Below are positions 11,774-24,577 of a DNA stretch of 64,000 nt, in pieces. The stretch covers positions 248,001 through 312,000 of the forward strand of contig NIVC01001023.1 in NCBI GenBank assembly GCA_002269645.1, read 5' to 3'. Within the stretch, counting starts at the first letter, position 1; every line of letters starts with the position of its first letter. The notes below the pieces were generated by a model. That model did not search any database. It had not been told where the DNA came from and worked only from the letters and a program-made list of their open reading frames with translations. The stretch comes from Macrostomum lignano. Lineage: Eukaryota. The translations under genes were made by a program, and so were the position numbers.

Positions 11774-14700
11774 AAACTCACTCACATGTTTGAATGTGCA
11801 GCTTGGGTGCCTCAATTGCAGTTGCAGGAACTCACTCAGCCGGACCCCAGCAACCGGACAAGCGTCGGAGACTCACCAGCCGATCTCCAGACTCTCGCCC
11901 ACGACGTCATCCGAGGTGACTTCGGACAGGTGCGGCGGCTGGCAACGCGCCAGCTGGTCACCAGCGCTGATGCAGATCGTCGGACCGTCCTCATGCTGGT
12001 GGACGACGCTTCTGAGACTCCCATGCACACTGAAAAGTGCATCTTGTACTTATTTGAGCTGGGCGCGAACCCCAAGGCGGCTGACGCGAACGGCGACACG
12101 GCTGCGCACCTGGCAGCCCGGCGGGACCACCTGCGGCTGCTGATGCTGCTGTCGTTCGATGCGAAGTGGCTGCGGAACGACAACGGCGCCACTCCGCTGA
12201 TGGAGGCGGCGCGGACTGGAAGCTGGAAATGCGCCAAGCACCTGCTGCACCTGCTCAGGCAGGACAGGTTCAATGAGTGCGAGAAGCACGGAAACTCGAA
12301 GAGGTCGGAGCTGCTCGAACTGAAGGATCGCGAGGGTCGGACGGCGTCGGACCTGGCGAGGCTCAGCGGCCACTCAGAGCTGGCCAGCTATATCGAGCGG
12401 TGAGTGAGCAGTTCGCTGCTGTGTCCATCAAGTTTTGCAGCATTCGGCTGGGGTGGCCAGAGCTGCAGTCTCAGGCCAGCCAATCAGAGCCAGTCAGCTG
12501 AGCTTGTCTCTGTCTGACTGCTTGATGGGCGAGAGCTGTGATTGGCTGGCTGCCTCCCAGCCAATGGGGTGCCGGTTGATCTCAGTCGAGAATGGAAGCT
12601 GTAGGGCCTTGGTGTGCAGTAAGAGTGTGTGGGTTGAGCTGCAGATGGAGAACTGGGAGGCTGTGCGTGAGTGCTTTGTGAGACATTGTGAGATGAAAGG
12701 AAACTCATGCTGCAGAAATGGAAAATGAGCTGCGTGTGAGAAGTCGGATGCGCTCTCGCCAATGCTGATTGTTGCAGAGCTGCTGCAGTCCTCTTGGAAA
12801 CTCCATCTGAAAGCAGCTCAGATAATTAGGAATTTTAGTTTACTAAATTTATGATGAAAATTCTATTGTAAAACTTGCATTTTGTTTTCTTTTTTATTTT
12901 TCGCGGTGGTAGTTGTCGGATTTGAGAAAATTTCGAATTTGGTGCTCATTTTTGCCGTTGCAGGGAGATGCGGCTGGTTGTGGATGCACATGGCGACATC
13001 TCCGGCCTTACAGCCCAGGTGAGCGGCATCTGCTGTGTCGATGCGGCTGTAGCTGAGCAGCTGTGCTCAAATTTCCCGCTCGCCTTTGCAGGAGGAGGCG
13101 GATCGACAGGAACTGGAGCGGCTGGCCGAGGCGGGCGACTCAGCGGGGCTGCGGCGAGCGGCGACCCGCGGCATCTGCGACCTGCCTGACAGATTTGGTC
13201 GCACCGCGTTGATGTGGGCAGCTCAAAACAGCTCGTGCGGTGATGAGGCTCTGTGGGAGCAGCTGGTACAGCTGGGCGACCCCACCTGTGCGAATATATT
13301 GGCTGAAAGTTTCCTGCACCGTGCAGCCGTGGCTGGCAATTCTGCCGCAGCCTCCGCTCTGCTGGCTGCCGGAGCCTCCGCCAATGCCAGGGATAAGTGG
13401 GAATCCACGCCCCTCATGGTGGCAGCCGAATTTGCGCCCCGCGACACCGCCGCCGCAGTCGGTCGGGTTCTGCTGAACTCACAGGCGGATTGGAGCCTGA
13501 AGGACACAGACGGCAGGACTGCGCTGGATTTGGCCACACAGGAGGGAAACAGCGAACTGGCTAAGCTGCTGCGTGGGTGAGTTTCCATGGCGACTGAGAA
13601 TGTCTCTCTGACTTTGATTTATCATTGATAAACATTATGCTGTAATTTATGATTGAATATTGAGCAGCTGACTGCAGTTGCTCTGAGTGGGCATTTTTAC
13701 ATTTTTGTAGTTTAAATGGGCAGCAGACACTGACTGAGCAGCATTGAGGGAGTTTGCAGTGCAGTTTGACTGCAGATTGCCAGTTGAATATTAATGTTCA
13801 GCTGCCTGCGAGCTGTGAGGCACCAGCAAGCAGTTTGCTGTGACATTTGTGTTCGATTTTAACACAAAATGTTTTGGTGCCTAGTTTATTTAGGTTTAAT
13901 TAGAGCAGAATGAAATAATAAAACACAGAGCATGGGCTCTCATCTGAGTTACTCTGACCTCAGACTCCGCATTGCCTATTTAGGTACAACGGCAAGATTT
14001 ACTTCGACGAGCCTCTGGCATTGCCGTGAGTTTCTTTCAGCACACACAGCTACAGCACACACAGCTACAGCACACACAGCTACAGCACACACAGCTACAG
14101 CACACACAGCTACAGCACACACAGCTACAGCACACACAGCTACAGCACACGCAGCTACAACACACAGCTACAGCACACACAGCTACAGCAAACACAGCTA
14201 CAACACACAGCTACAGCACACAGCTACAGCACACAGCTACAGCACACACAGCTACAGCACACACAGCTACAGCACACAGCTACAGCACACAGCTACAGCA
14301 CACAGCTACAGCACACACAGCTACAGCACACAGCTACAGCACACAGCTACAGCACACAGCTACAGCACACAGCTACAGCACACAGCTACAGCACACACAG
14401 CTACATCACACACAGCTACAGCACACAGCTACAGCACACAGCTACAGCACACAGCTACAGCAAACACAGCTACAGCACACAGCTACAGCACACACAGCTA
14501 CAGCACACAGCTACAGCACACAGCTACAGCACACACAGCTGCAGCACACACACACAGCTACAGCACACAGCTACAGCACACACAGCTACAGCACACACAG
14601 CTACAGCAAACACAGCTACAGCACACACAACTACAGCATGCAAATTATCCCTCAGTGCCTCAATTCGTATCCCCTCAGACCCGTAGGCCACCTGTTCCTG

Positions 14701-15656
14701 GAGCGCTGGGACGCCGTTCGCCTCATCGGCCGCGGAGGCTTCGGCGAAGTCCACGAAGTTCGAACTGACACGGGCGTCACGTGCGCTGCCAAGACTCTCA
14801 GACTGCCTGTGCAGCTCGGTGATGACCTGCCCTCTATGAGCACAGAGATCCACAGAGCTGTCGAGAGCGAGAGAAACCTGTGCCGACTGCGGCATCCCAA
14901 CATCGTCAGGTTCTTGCACATCGCTAGGCCGGAGCCCGCCGCAGTCGTTGTGTTCATGGAGCTGCTGGACGGCCGAAGCTTGGAGAGGTTTATCGACAAC
15001 ACGCCTCTGGACGAGCTGACGATTCGAGAATTCAGCCAACAGGTGAGCATTGTGCATCCTTGATGCTCCTGTTCCTTATACGCAGGAATGATGACTGCTC
15101 ACTGACCGACCGCTCGCAGATCTGCCGCGCGCTGCTCTACCTGCACAGCCGGCAGCCGCCCGTGATCCACAGAGACATCAACTGCTCGAACATAATTGTT
15201 CGTGCTGACAACACGCGAATCAAGCTGATCGACTTCGGCCTGTCAATCAAGCTGGAGCAGTCAGTCAGCCACATCTCAGCCTCCACTCAGTCACCCAAAG
15301 GCACTCTGAACTTCATGGCGCCAGAGCTGCTCGGAGCGGGAGAGTCGGACAGCGTGCAGTACAGCAGAGAGTCGGACATCTGGGCGTTCGGCTGCTCGGT
15401 CTTCCAGATGACGTCTGGTGCGAGGCCGTTTTCAAAGTGCAGCAACCCATGGGCGGTGCCCGAGCTGCTCAAGAAGAGCGGCGCCCCTGCCCTGCCGGAC
15501 GGCCGGTCCGCAGAGCTGAGGGATTTCTACAGCCGCTGCACCGCCAAGGACCGCAGGAGGAGAAGATCCGCGCAGGAGCTGCTGGGGCACGAGTTCCTGA
15601 CGGGTGGGAAGCTGAAAACGCGATTGCTGAGCTCGCTTTTCGGCGCAGGGAACTGA
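11774..15656 (+). CDS. Ankyrin-repeat protein with a C-terminal Ser/Thr (STE/MAP3K-like) kinase domain
   Basis: Exons 11774 (or 11828)-12399, 12964-13018, 13092-13576, 13984-14025, 14679-15042 and 15120-15656, with consistent phases (2,0,2,2,0). Ankyrin motifs GDTAAHLAA, GATPLMEAA, GRTALMWAA and STPLMVAA. Kinase motifs GRGGFG, AAK, HRDINCSN, DFG, GTLNFMAPE and DIWAFGC. The true 5' end is uncertain. Confidence 0.88.
14040..14637. repeat. Intronic minisatellite, 11/13-bp unit (CA)CACAGCTACAG
   Basis: Fills nearly the whole 14026-14678 intron. Confidence 0.95.
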
Positions 15657-16475
15657 CAGAAGCTGAGCTGGTTGTTGGTTCGCCTTAATTCCGATCCCAC
15701 TAATCTTCCCACAAAATGCGGCTACTATTGGTGTGATTCATCTGAGTCACAGTAAATCCTTTTTGCTTTGTTTAGATTAGATTTGCGGTCACTAGCTTGG
15801 TTGATTTATAGTTTATTGGTACATTTAGCTTCCCTCGACCCAGCTACGTAAAACGAATTATAAAGTTTTTGTCAGCTGCCAAACCCAAATATAAAATCTT
15901 CATTTGCCACATAGCTGAGTGGAGCATATAATTGAATTCTCACACCAATTCTTTATAAATTTACTTTGCGAGTGCGAGGGGCGAGAGGAGGGAGGGCAGT
16001 GGAGATGTCAGAGAGGCAGATGCTGACAATGCAGACAGACAGGTGGCTGATAGATAGAGCTTGTGCATGCAGGTGAGAGACACATACCGATTTTGAGTGG
16101 CCCAGACTGCCCTAGAGCTGAGAGGTCAGTGGGCAGAGCTTTGTGGAGACGCTGAGAGACTCGAGGCTGAGCGCCCACCCCGAGCCTGAGGTGCTCCGAA
16201 GCGGGCAGCTGAGACGATGAGGTGCAAAGGAGTTGCCAAGAAATTCAGTATTCTATGAAAGCAGAAGGCGGTCAGTGGGGAGGCACAATGAGCTGCTCAG
16301 AGCCTCTTGCAGTAAGGAGGCTGGCAGTTGTAAATGATGCAGAATGAGGTGGGGCTCGAGGGGCGTCTCGAGGGGGAGGGGGGGGGGCAGCCGCCCTCCC
16401 TCTGGGCAGCGAGGCGCGAGCTGTGTGTCCCGAGCAGCCACTGAGTTTCCACTGCCTGCCGATGCTCATAGCGAT

Positions 16476-16862
16476 GAGGCTGCAGAGATGAGCAGCGCAC
16501 ACCTGAGCTGTCTGAGGCTGCAGAGATGAGCAGCGCACACCTGAGCTGTCTGAGGCTGCAGAGATGAGCAGCGCACACCTGAGCTGTCTGAGGCTGCAGA
16601 TATGAGCAGCACACCCCTAGCTGTCTGAGGCTGCAGAGATGAGCAGCGCACACCTCAGCTGTCTGAGGCTGCAGAGATGAGCAGCGCACACCTGAGCTGT
16701 CTGAGGCTGCAGAGATGAGCAGCGCACACCTGAGCTGTCTGAGGCTGCAGAGATGAGCAGCGCACACCTCAGCTGTCTGAGGCTGCAGAGATGAGCAGCG
16801 CACACCTCAGCTGTCTGAGGCTGCAGAGATGAGCAGCGCACACCTGAGCTGTCTGAGGCTGC
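16476..16862. repeat. Minisatellite, 38-bp unit GAGGCTGCAGAGATGAGCAGCGCACACCTGAGCTGTCT
   Basis: Period 38 (16476, 16514). Confidence 0.95.
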
Positions 16863-17065
16863 AGTGGCGGCTGCTCCCGAATGAGTTGCAGCCCCAGCCT
16901 TGCACAATGGAGACTCTGCATTGTGCTTGAGCACCCTGCCTGCCCCCTCACTGCACCTTCGCTTCTGTGCTCAGAGATGACGGGCGAAGGCTGGGCTGGC
17001 GGCCAGCTGCAATTTTAGCTTTTTTGCTTTCTAAAAACTGGAGAAAACAAACGTTTATTGGGGTT

Positions 17066-17205
17066 TGAGCTGGGATCTGATGGAGAATAGAGAAGCTGAG
17101 CTGTGATCTGATGGAGAATAGAGAAGCTGAGCTGGGATCTGATGGAGAATAGAGAAGCTGAGCTGGGATCTGATGGAGAATAGAGAAGCTGAGCTGGGAT
17201 CTGAT
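17066..17205. repeat. 31-bp minisatellite GCTGAGCTGGGATCTGATGGAGAATAGAGAA, left block
   Basis: Period 31; same unit as 18345-18940. Confidence 0.93.
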
Positions 17206-17392
17206 TGTTGTGTATTCATTCGAAGAAGTCGTTCGACTTCCAATGCCGCTTCGGGCTGTGTCAATGGGGCACGTTTATTATCGTTCTTTCTTTCCCAGTG
17301 AACTCATTTGTAAAGCAATACAAGTTACGGAGCGCGGGGGTTTGAACATAGACTATACAGTCTATCTATCATGCATAAGTGCATATACAACA
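17206..17392 (-). mobile_element. 3' LTR (187 bp)
   Basis: Termini TGTTG...CAACA, directly after the polypurine tract. AATAAA on the minus strand at 17274-17279. Confidence 0.8.
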
Positions 17393-18344
17393 TCTCCCCT
17401 TTCAGAACTGTCCATTCAGTCAGTTGCTCCCTCACATCTCCCCATCAGCACTAGTAGCGCTTCTTGCTCGGGTCCATCATCAGCCTGTTCGGGGGCCGTA
17501 CCGCCCGGCCTGATCTGGTCCGAAGTTCTTGTTTGGCAGTTTCTTTTGGCTCTTGCATTTTGAATCGTAGCTTTGACTGCATCTGGTGTGTTTGCTGTTG
17601 CTGCTGATTACCAGTAGGTTCCGTAGTTCTCCTCGCTTCTTCGGCTGCTAGAACGGGAAGCCTTTTACGTATTAATCGCCTGTTCCTCCGGAGAATTCGA
17701 CCACTAGTCAGCCGGATGAGGTAGTCTCTATTTTCATGATCTCGACGATCGTACCGTGTTTCTCCCAGCGCTTCGTCACGTTGTTTTGAACGACCACTCT
17801 ATCTTGCAATTTCAGAGGTTGCAGTTCTCTTGAAGTCGCGTTGTAGTACCTGGCAACGTGCTCTATAGCGTCATTGGCCTTTTCTTCCACTGTGTCTGCT
17901 GCCTTTTGCCACTCTCGCGAACGCTCGCCTGTGGGCTGGAAGCAAATCTCGTATGGGGTGGCCGAAGAGAATCTGCGCTGGTGATCTACCGTCATACCGT
18001 GGCGTGTTGCAGAAGATATCCTTGGCAGATCCTTGGAGTATTTCTTGGCAGACCTTATCCCAGTCGGGACTTTCTTTACGCAAGTCACACAATCCTCGCA
18101 GCAGCTTCTTCATTTCCTTTACTGCTGATTCTGCCTTGTCGTTACTCTAAGCGTACGTTGGGGATGACGTTTTGTGCTCTATGTTCCACCTCTGTAGGAA
18201 TGCCTTGAATGGCTCTGATGTAAATTGCGGTCCTCCATCTGACCAGATAATATCAAGGGCAGACTTTTCACAAAATCGCTGTCGAAGTGCATTGATAATC
18301 TTGTGAGTCGGAGCATTAGGGCCAAATGAGTTGATTGCCGGCCT
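17206..18344 (-). mobile_element. 5'-truncated Ty3/Gypsy LTR retrotransposon remnant (integrase 3' half, PPT, 3' LTR)
   Basis: The minus strand reads IIWSDGGPQFTSEPFKAFLQRWNIEHKTSSPTYA*SNDKAESAVK, then RNTPRYDGRSPAQILFG-like sequence and C-terminal LRTRSGRAVRPPNRL. PPT AAAGGGGAGA at 17393-17402. Premature stop at 18147-18149 plus frameshifts. Confidence 0.9.
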
Positions 18345-18940
18345 GAAGCTGAGCTGGGATCTGATGGAGAATACAGAAGCTGAGCTGGGATCTGATGGAG
18401 AATACAGAAGCTGAGCTGGGATCTGATGGAGAATACAGAAGCTGAGCTGGGATCTGATGGAGAATACAGAAGCTGAGCTGGGATCTGATGGAGAATAGAG
18501 AAGCTGAGCTGGGATCTGATAAAGAATACAGAAGCTGAGCTGGGATCTGATGGAGAATACAGAAGCTGAGCTGGGATCTGATGGAGAATACAGAAGCTGA
18601 GCTGGGATCTGATGGAGAATACAGAAGCTGAGCTGGGATCTGATGGAGAATAGAGAAGCTGAGCTGGGATCTGATAAAGAATACAGAAGCTGAGCTGGGA
18701 TCTGATGGAGAATACAGAAGCTGAGCTGGGATCTGATGGAGAATACAGAAGCTGAGCTGGGATCTGATGGAGAATACAGAAGCTGAGCTGGGATCTGATG
18801 GAGAATAGAGAAGCTGAGCTGGGATCTGATAAAGAATACAGAAGCTGAGCTGGGATCTGATGGAGAATAGAGAAGCTGAGCTGGGATCTGATGGAGAATA
18901 GAGAAGCTGAGCTGGGATCTGATGGAGAATAGAGAAGCTG
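18345..18940. repeat. 31-bp minisatellite, right block
   Basis: Same unit as 17066-17205, about 19 copies. Confidence 0.95.
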
Positions 18941-19489
18941 CAAAATGCAACAAATGCTTGACAAGCCAGTTTTTTTACAAGCCAAAGGCAGGACAATGAG
19001 ACCGATGGAGAGGCAAACTCGAATATGCAATAGAATTGAATTTTTACATATGCGCAACAAAACACAAGCTGAGCAGAGAGGGAGAGAGAGATTGAGGGTG
19101 AAGTGCATCAAAGAGACGCTGGAAAATTCCAAAACTGATCTGCCACCCCCAAGAGCTTGAGGCACGACTCAAGGCAGTGCAAGAGGTCTGCGACTCGCTT
19201 TTCTGGCATAGCGAATCTTCAAGTGAAAATAAATTTCCGGGAAAATTCCGTGCAGCCCTTTACTATTACGACAAGTGATATTTTTCCATAATACTAAAAT
19301 TGAGTAAGCGATATTGTTTGCAGAAAGTTGAAAGTTTTTTGAACTGGCAGACTGTGTACCCGGGAGAGCCAAAGAAGCAATGCAAAGAGATTGATGGCAG
19401 CTGCAGTGGTTTATTCACGCTTTTGGAGGAGAGATGGGTGTCCCTCAGTATCGATATTGGTCCCTCCCATCGGCTGGCGGCCAGCCCTG

Positions 19490-22400
19490 AACCCACCCTG
19501 CATCCCAGCCTGTCTCTCTCCCTGCCCCTCACCCTACATCCCAGCCTGTCTCTCTCCCTGCCCCTCGCCCTACATCACAGCCTGTCTCTCACCCTGTCCC
19601 TCAACCTACATCCCAGCCTGTCTCTCTCCCTGCCCCTCACCCTACATCCCAGCCTGTCTCTCTCCCTGCCCCTCACCCTACATCCCAGCCTGTCTCTCTC
19701 CCTGCCCCTCACCCTACATCACAGCCTGTCTCTCCCGTCCCTCACCCTACATCCCAGCCTGTCTCTCTCCCTGCCCCTCACCCTACATCCCAGCCTGTCT
19801 CTCTCCCTGCCCCTCACCCTACATCACAGCCTGTCTCTCTCCCTGCCCCTCGCCCTACATCACAGCCTGTCTCTCACCCTGTCCCTCACCCTACATCACA
19901 GCCTGTCTCTCTCCCTGCCCCTCACCCTGCATCCCAGCCTGTCTCTCTCCCTGCCCCTCACCCTACATCACAGCCTGTCTCTCTCCCTGCCCCTCACCCT
20001 ACATCCCAGCCTGTCTCTCCCGTCCCTCACCCTACATCCCAGCCTGTCTCTCTCCCTGCCCCTCACCCTACATCCCAGCCTGTCTCTCTCCCTGCCCTCA
20101 CCCTACATCACAGCCTGTCTCTCTCCCTGCCCCTCGCCCTACATCACAGCCTGTCTCTCACCCTGTCCCTCACCCTACATCACAGCCTGTCTCTCTCCCT
20201 GCCCCTCACCCTGCATCCCAGCCTGTCTCTCTCCCTGCCCCTCACCCTACATCACAGCCTGTCTCTCTCCCTGCCCCTCACCCTACATCCCAGCCTGTCT
20301 CTCCCGTCCCTCACCCTACATCCCAGCCTGTCTCTCTCCCTGCCCCTCACCCTACATCCCAGCCTGTCTCTCTCCCTGCCCCTCACCCTACATCACAGCC
20401 TGTCTCTCTCCCTGCCCCTCGCCCTACATCACAGCCTGTCTCTCACCCTGTCCCTCACCCTACATCACAGCCTGTCTCTCTCCCTGCCCCTCACCCTACA
20501 TCCCAGCCTGTCTCTCTCCCTGCCCCTCGCCCTACATCACAGCCTGTCTCTCACCCTGTCCCTCAACCTACATCCCAGCCTGTCTCTCTCCCTGCCCCTC
20601 ACCCTACATCCCAGCCTGTCTCTCTCCCTGCCCCTCACCCTACATCCCAGCCTGTCTCTCTCCCTGCCCCTCACCCTACATCACAGCCTGTCTCTCCCGT
20701 CCCTCACCCTACATCCCAGCCTGTCTCTCTCCCTGCCCCTCACCCTACATCCCAGCCTGTCTCTCTCCCTGCCCCTCACCCTACATCACAGCCTGTCTCT
20801 CTCCCTGCCCCTCGCCCTACATCACAGCCTGTCTCTCACCCTGTCCCTCACCCTACATCACAGCCTGTCTCTCTCCCTGCCCCTCACCCTGCATCCCAGC
20901 CTGTCTCTCTCCCTGCCCCTCACCCTACATCACAGCCTGTCTCTCTCCCTGCCCCTCACCCTACATCCCAGCCTGTCTCTCCCGTCCCTCACCCTACATC
21001 CCAGCCTGTCTCTCTCCCTGCCCCTCACCCTACATCCCAGCCTGTCTCTCTCCCTGCCCCTCACCCTACATCACAGCCTGTCTCTCTCCCTGCCCCTCGC
21101 CCTACATCACAGCCTGTCTCTCACCCTGTCCCTCACCCTACATCACAGCCTGTCTCTCTCCCTGCCCCTCACCCTACATCCCAGCCTGTCTCTCTCCCTG
21201 CCCCTCGCCCTACATCACAGCCTGTCTCTCACCCTGTCCCTCAACCTACATCCCAGCCTGTCTCTCTCCCTGCCCCTCACCCTACATCCCAGCCTGTCTC
21301 TCTCCCTGCCCCTCACCCTACATCCCAGCCTGTCTCTCTCCCTGCCCCTCACCCTACATCACAGCCTGTCTCTCCCGTCCCTCACCCTACATCCCAGCCT
21401 GTCTCTCTCCCTGCCCCTCACCCTACATCCCAGCCTGTCTCTCTCCCTGCCCCTCACCCTACATCACAGCCTGTCTCTCTCCCTGCCCCTCGCCCTACAT
21501 CACAGCCTGTCTCTCACCCTGTCCCTCACCCTACATCACAGCCTGTCTCTCTCCCTGCCCCTCACCCTGCATCCCAGCCTGTCTCTCTCCCTGCCCCTCA
21601 CCCTACATCACAGCCTGTCTCTCTCCCTGCCCCTCACCCTACATCCCAGCCTGTCTCTCCCGTCCCTCACCCTACATCCCAGCCTGTCTCTCTCCCTGCC
21701 CCTCACCCTACATCCCAGCCTGTCTCTCTCCCTGCCCCTCACCCTACATCACAGCCTGTCTCTCTCCCTGCCCCTCGCCCTACATCACAGCCTGTCTCTC
21801 ACCCTGTCCCTCACCCTACATCACAGCCTGTCTCTCTCCCTGCCCCTCACCCTGCATCCCAGCCTGTCTCTCTCCCTGCCCCTCGCCCTACATCACAGCC
21901 TGTCTCTCTCCCTGCCCCTCACCCTACATCACAGCCTGTCTTTCTCCCTGCCCCTCACCCTACATCCCAGCCTGTCTCTCTCCCTGCCCCTCACCCTACA
22001 TCACAGCCTGTCTCTCTCCGCGCCCCTCACCCTACATCCCAGCCTGTCTCTCCCGTCCCTCACCCTACATCCCAGCCTGTCTCTCTCCCTGCCCCTCACC
22101 CTACATCACAGCCTGTCTCTCTCCCTGCCCCTCACCCTACATCACAGCCTGTCTCTCTCCCTGCCCCTCGCCCTACATCACAGCCTGTCTCTCACCCTGT
22201 CCCTCACCCTACATCACAGCCTGTCTCTCTCCCTGCCCCTCACCCTGCATCCCAGCCTGTCTCTCTCCCTGCCCCTCGCCCTACATCACAGCCTGTCTCT
22301 CTCCCTGCCCCTCACCCTACATCACAGCCTGTCTTTCTCCCTGCCCCTCACCCTACATCCCAGCCTGTCTCTCTCCCTGCCCCTCACCCTACATCCCAGC

Positions 22401-24577
22401 CTGTCTCTCTCCTTGCCCCTCACCCTACATCACAGCCTGTCTCTCTCCCTGCCCCTCACCCTGCATCCCAGCCTGTCTCTCACCCTGTCCCTCACCCTAC
22501 ATCACAGCCTGTCTCTCTCCCTGCCCCTCACCCTGCATCACAGCCTGTCTCTCTCCCTGCCCCTCACCCTACATCACAGCCTGTCTCTCTCCCTGCCCCT
22601 CGCCCTACATCACAGCCTGTCTCTCTCCCTGCCCCTCACCCTACATCACAGCCTGTCTCCCTCCCTGCCCCTCGCCCTGCATCCCAGCCTGTCTCTCTCC
22701 CTGCCCCTCACCCTACATCACAGCCTGTCTCTCTCCCTGCCCCTCACCCTACATCCCAGCCTGTCTCTCTCCCTGCCCCTCACCCTACATCACAGCCTGT
22801 CTCTCTCCCTGCCCCTCGCCCTGCATCCCAGCCTGTCTCTCACCCTGTCCCTCACCCTACATCACAGCCTGTCTCTCTCCCTGCCCCTCACCCTGCATCC
22901 CAGCCTGTCTCTCTCCCTGCCCCTCACCCTACATCCCAGCCTGTCTCTCTCCCTGCCCCTCACCCTACATCACAGCCTGTCTCTCTCCCTGCCCCTCACC
23001 CTACATCACAGCCTGTCTCTCTCCCTGCCCCTCACCCTGCATCCCAGCCTGTCTCTCTCCCTGCCCCTCACCCTACATCCCAGCCTGTCTCTCTCCCTGC
23101 CCCTCACCCTACATCACAGCCTGTCTCTCTCCCTGCCCCTCACCCTACATCACAGCCTGTCTCTCTCCCTGCCCCTCACCCTGCATCCCAGCCTGTCTCT
23201 CTCCCTGCCCCTCACCCTACATCACAGCCTGTCTCTCTCCCTGCCCCTCACCCTGCATCACAGCCTGTCTCTCTCCCTGCCCCTCACCCTACATCCCAGC
23301 CTGTCTCTCTCCCTGCCCCTCGCCCTACATCCCAGCCTGTCTCTCTCCCTGCCCCTCACCCTACATCCCAGCCTGTCTCTCTCCCTGCCCCTCGCCCTAC
23401 ATCCCAGCCTGTCTCTCTCCCTGCCCCTCACCCTACATCACAGCCTGTCTCTCTCCCTGCCCCTCGCCCTACATCCCAGCCTGTCTCTCTCCCTGCCCCT
23501 CGCCCTACATCACAGCCTGTCTCTCACCCTGCCCCTCACCCTACATCCCAGCCTGTCTCTCTCCCTGCCCCTCACCCTACATCACAGCCTGTCTCTCTCC
23601 CTGCCCCTCGCCCTACATCCCAGCCTGTCTCTCTCCCTTCCCCTCACCCTACATCACAGCCTGTCTCTCCCTTCTCCTCACCCTACATCACAGCCTGTCT
23701 CTCTCCCTGCCCCTCACCCTACATCACAGCCTGTCTCTCCCTTCTCCTCACCCTACATCGCAGCCTGTCTCTCTCCCTGCCCCTCACCCTACATCACAGC
23801 CTGTCTCTCTCCCTGCCCCTCACCCTACATCACAGCCTGTCTCTCTCCCTGCCCCTCACCCTGCATCCCAGCCTGTCTCTCTCCCTGCCCCTCACCCTGC
23901 ATCCCAGCCTGTCTCTCTCCCTGCCCCTCACCCTACATCACAGCCTGTCTCTCTCCCTGCCCCTCACCCTGCATCACAGCCTGTCTCTCTCCCTGCCCCT
24001 CACCCTACATCACAGCCTGTCTCTCTCCCTGCCCCTCGCCCTACATCACAGCCTGTCTCTCTCCCTGCCCCTCGCCCTACATCCCAGCCTGTCTCTCTCC
24101 CTGCCCCACCCTACATCCCAGCCTGTCTCTCTCCCTGCCCCTCGCCCTACATCCCAGCCTGTCTCTCTCCCTGCCCCTCGCCCTACATCCCAGCATGTCT
24201 CTCTCCCTGCCCCTCACCCTGCATCACAGCCTGTCTCTCTCCCTGCCCCTCACCCTACATCACAGCCTGTCTCTTTCCCTGCCCCTCGCCCTACATCCCA
24301 GCCTGTCTCTCTCCCTGTCCCTCGCCCTACATCCCAGCCTGTCTCTCTCCCTGCCCCACCCTACATCCCAGCCTGTCTCTCTCCCTGCCCCTCACCCTAC
24401 ATCACAGCCTGTCTCTCTCCCTGCCCCTCACCCTACATCACAGCCTGTCTCTCTCCCTGCCCCTCGCCCTACATCCCAGCCTGTCTCTCTCCCTGCCCCT
24501 CGCCCTACATCACAGCCTGTCTCTCACCCTGTCCCTCACCCTACATCACAGCCTGTCTCTCTCCCTGCCCCTCACCC
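19490..24577. repeat. 5.1-kb satellite, 36-bp monomer CCCAGCCTGTCTCTCTCCCTGCCCCTCACCCTACAT, with a 678-bp higher-order repeat in the 5' half
   Basis: A diagnostic 33-bp variant monomer recurs at 20306, 20699, 20984, 21377, 21662 and 22055 (alternating spacing 393/285). Confidence 0.97.

Noticed and set aside
16090-16260. Minus-strand segment with AG acceptor and GTATGT donor
   Set aside because: All three frames contain stops between the putative splice sites.
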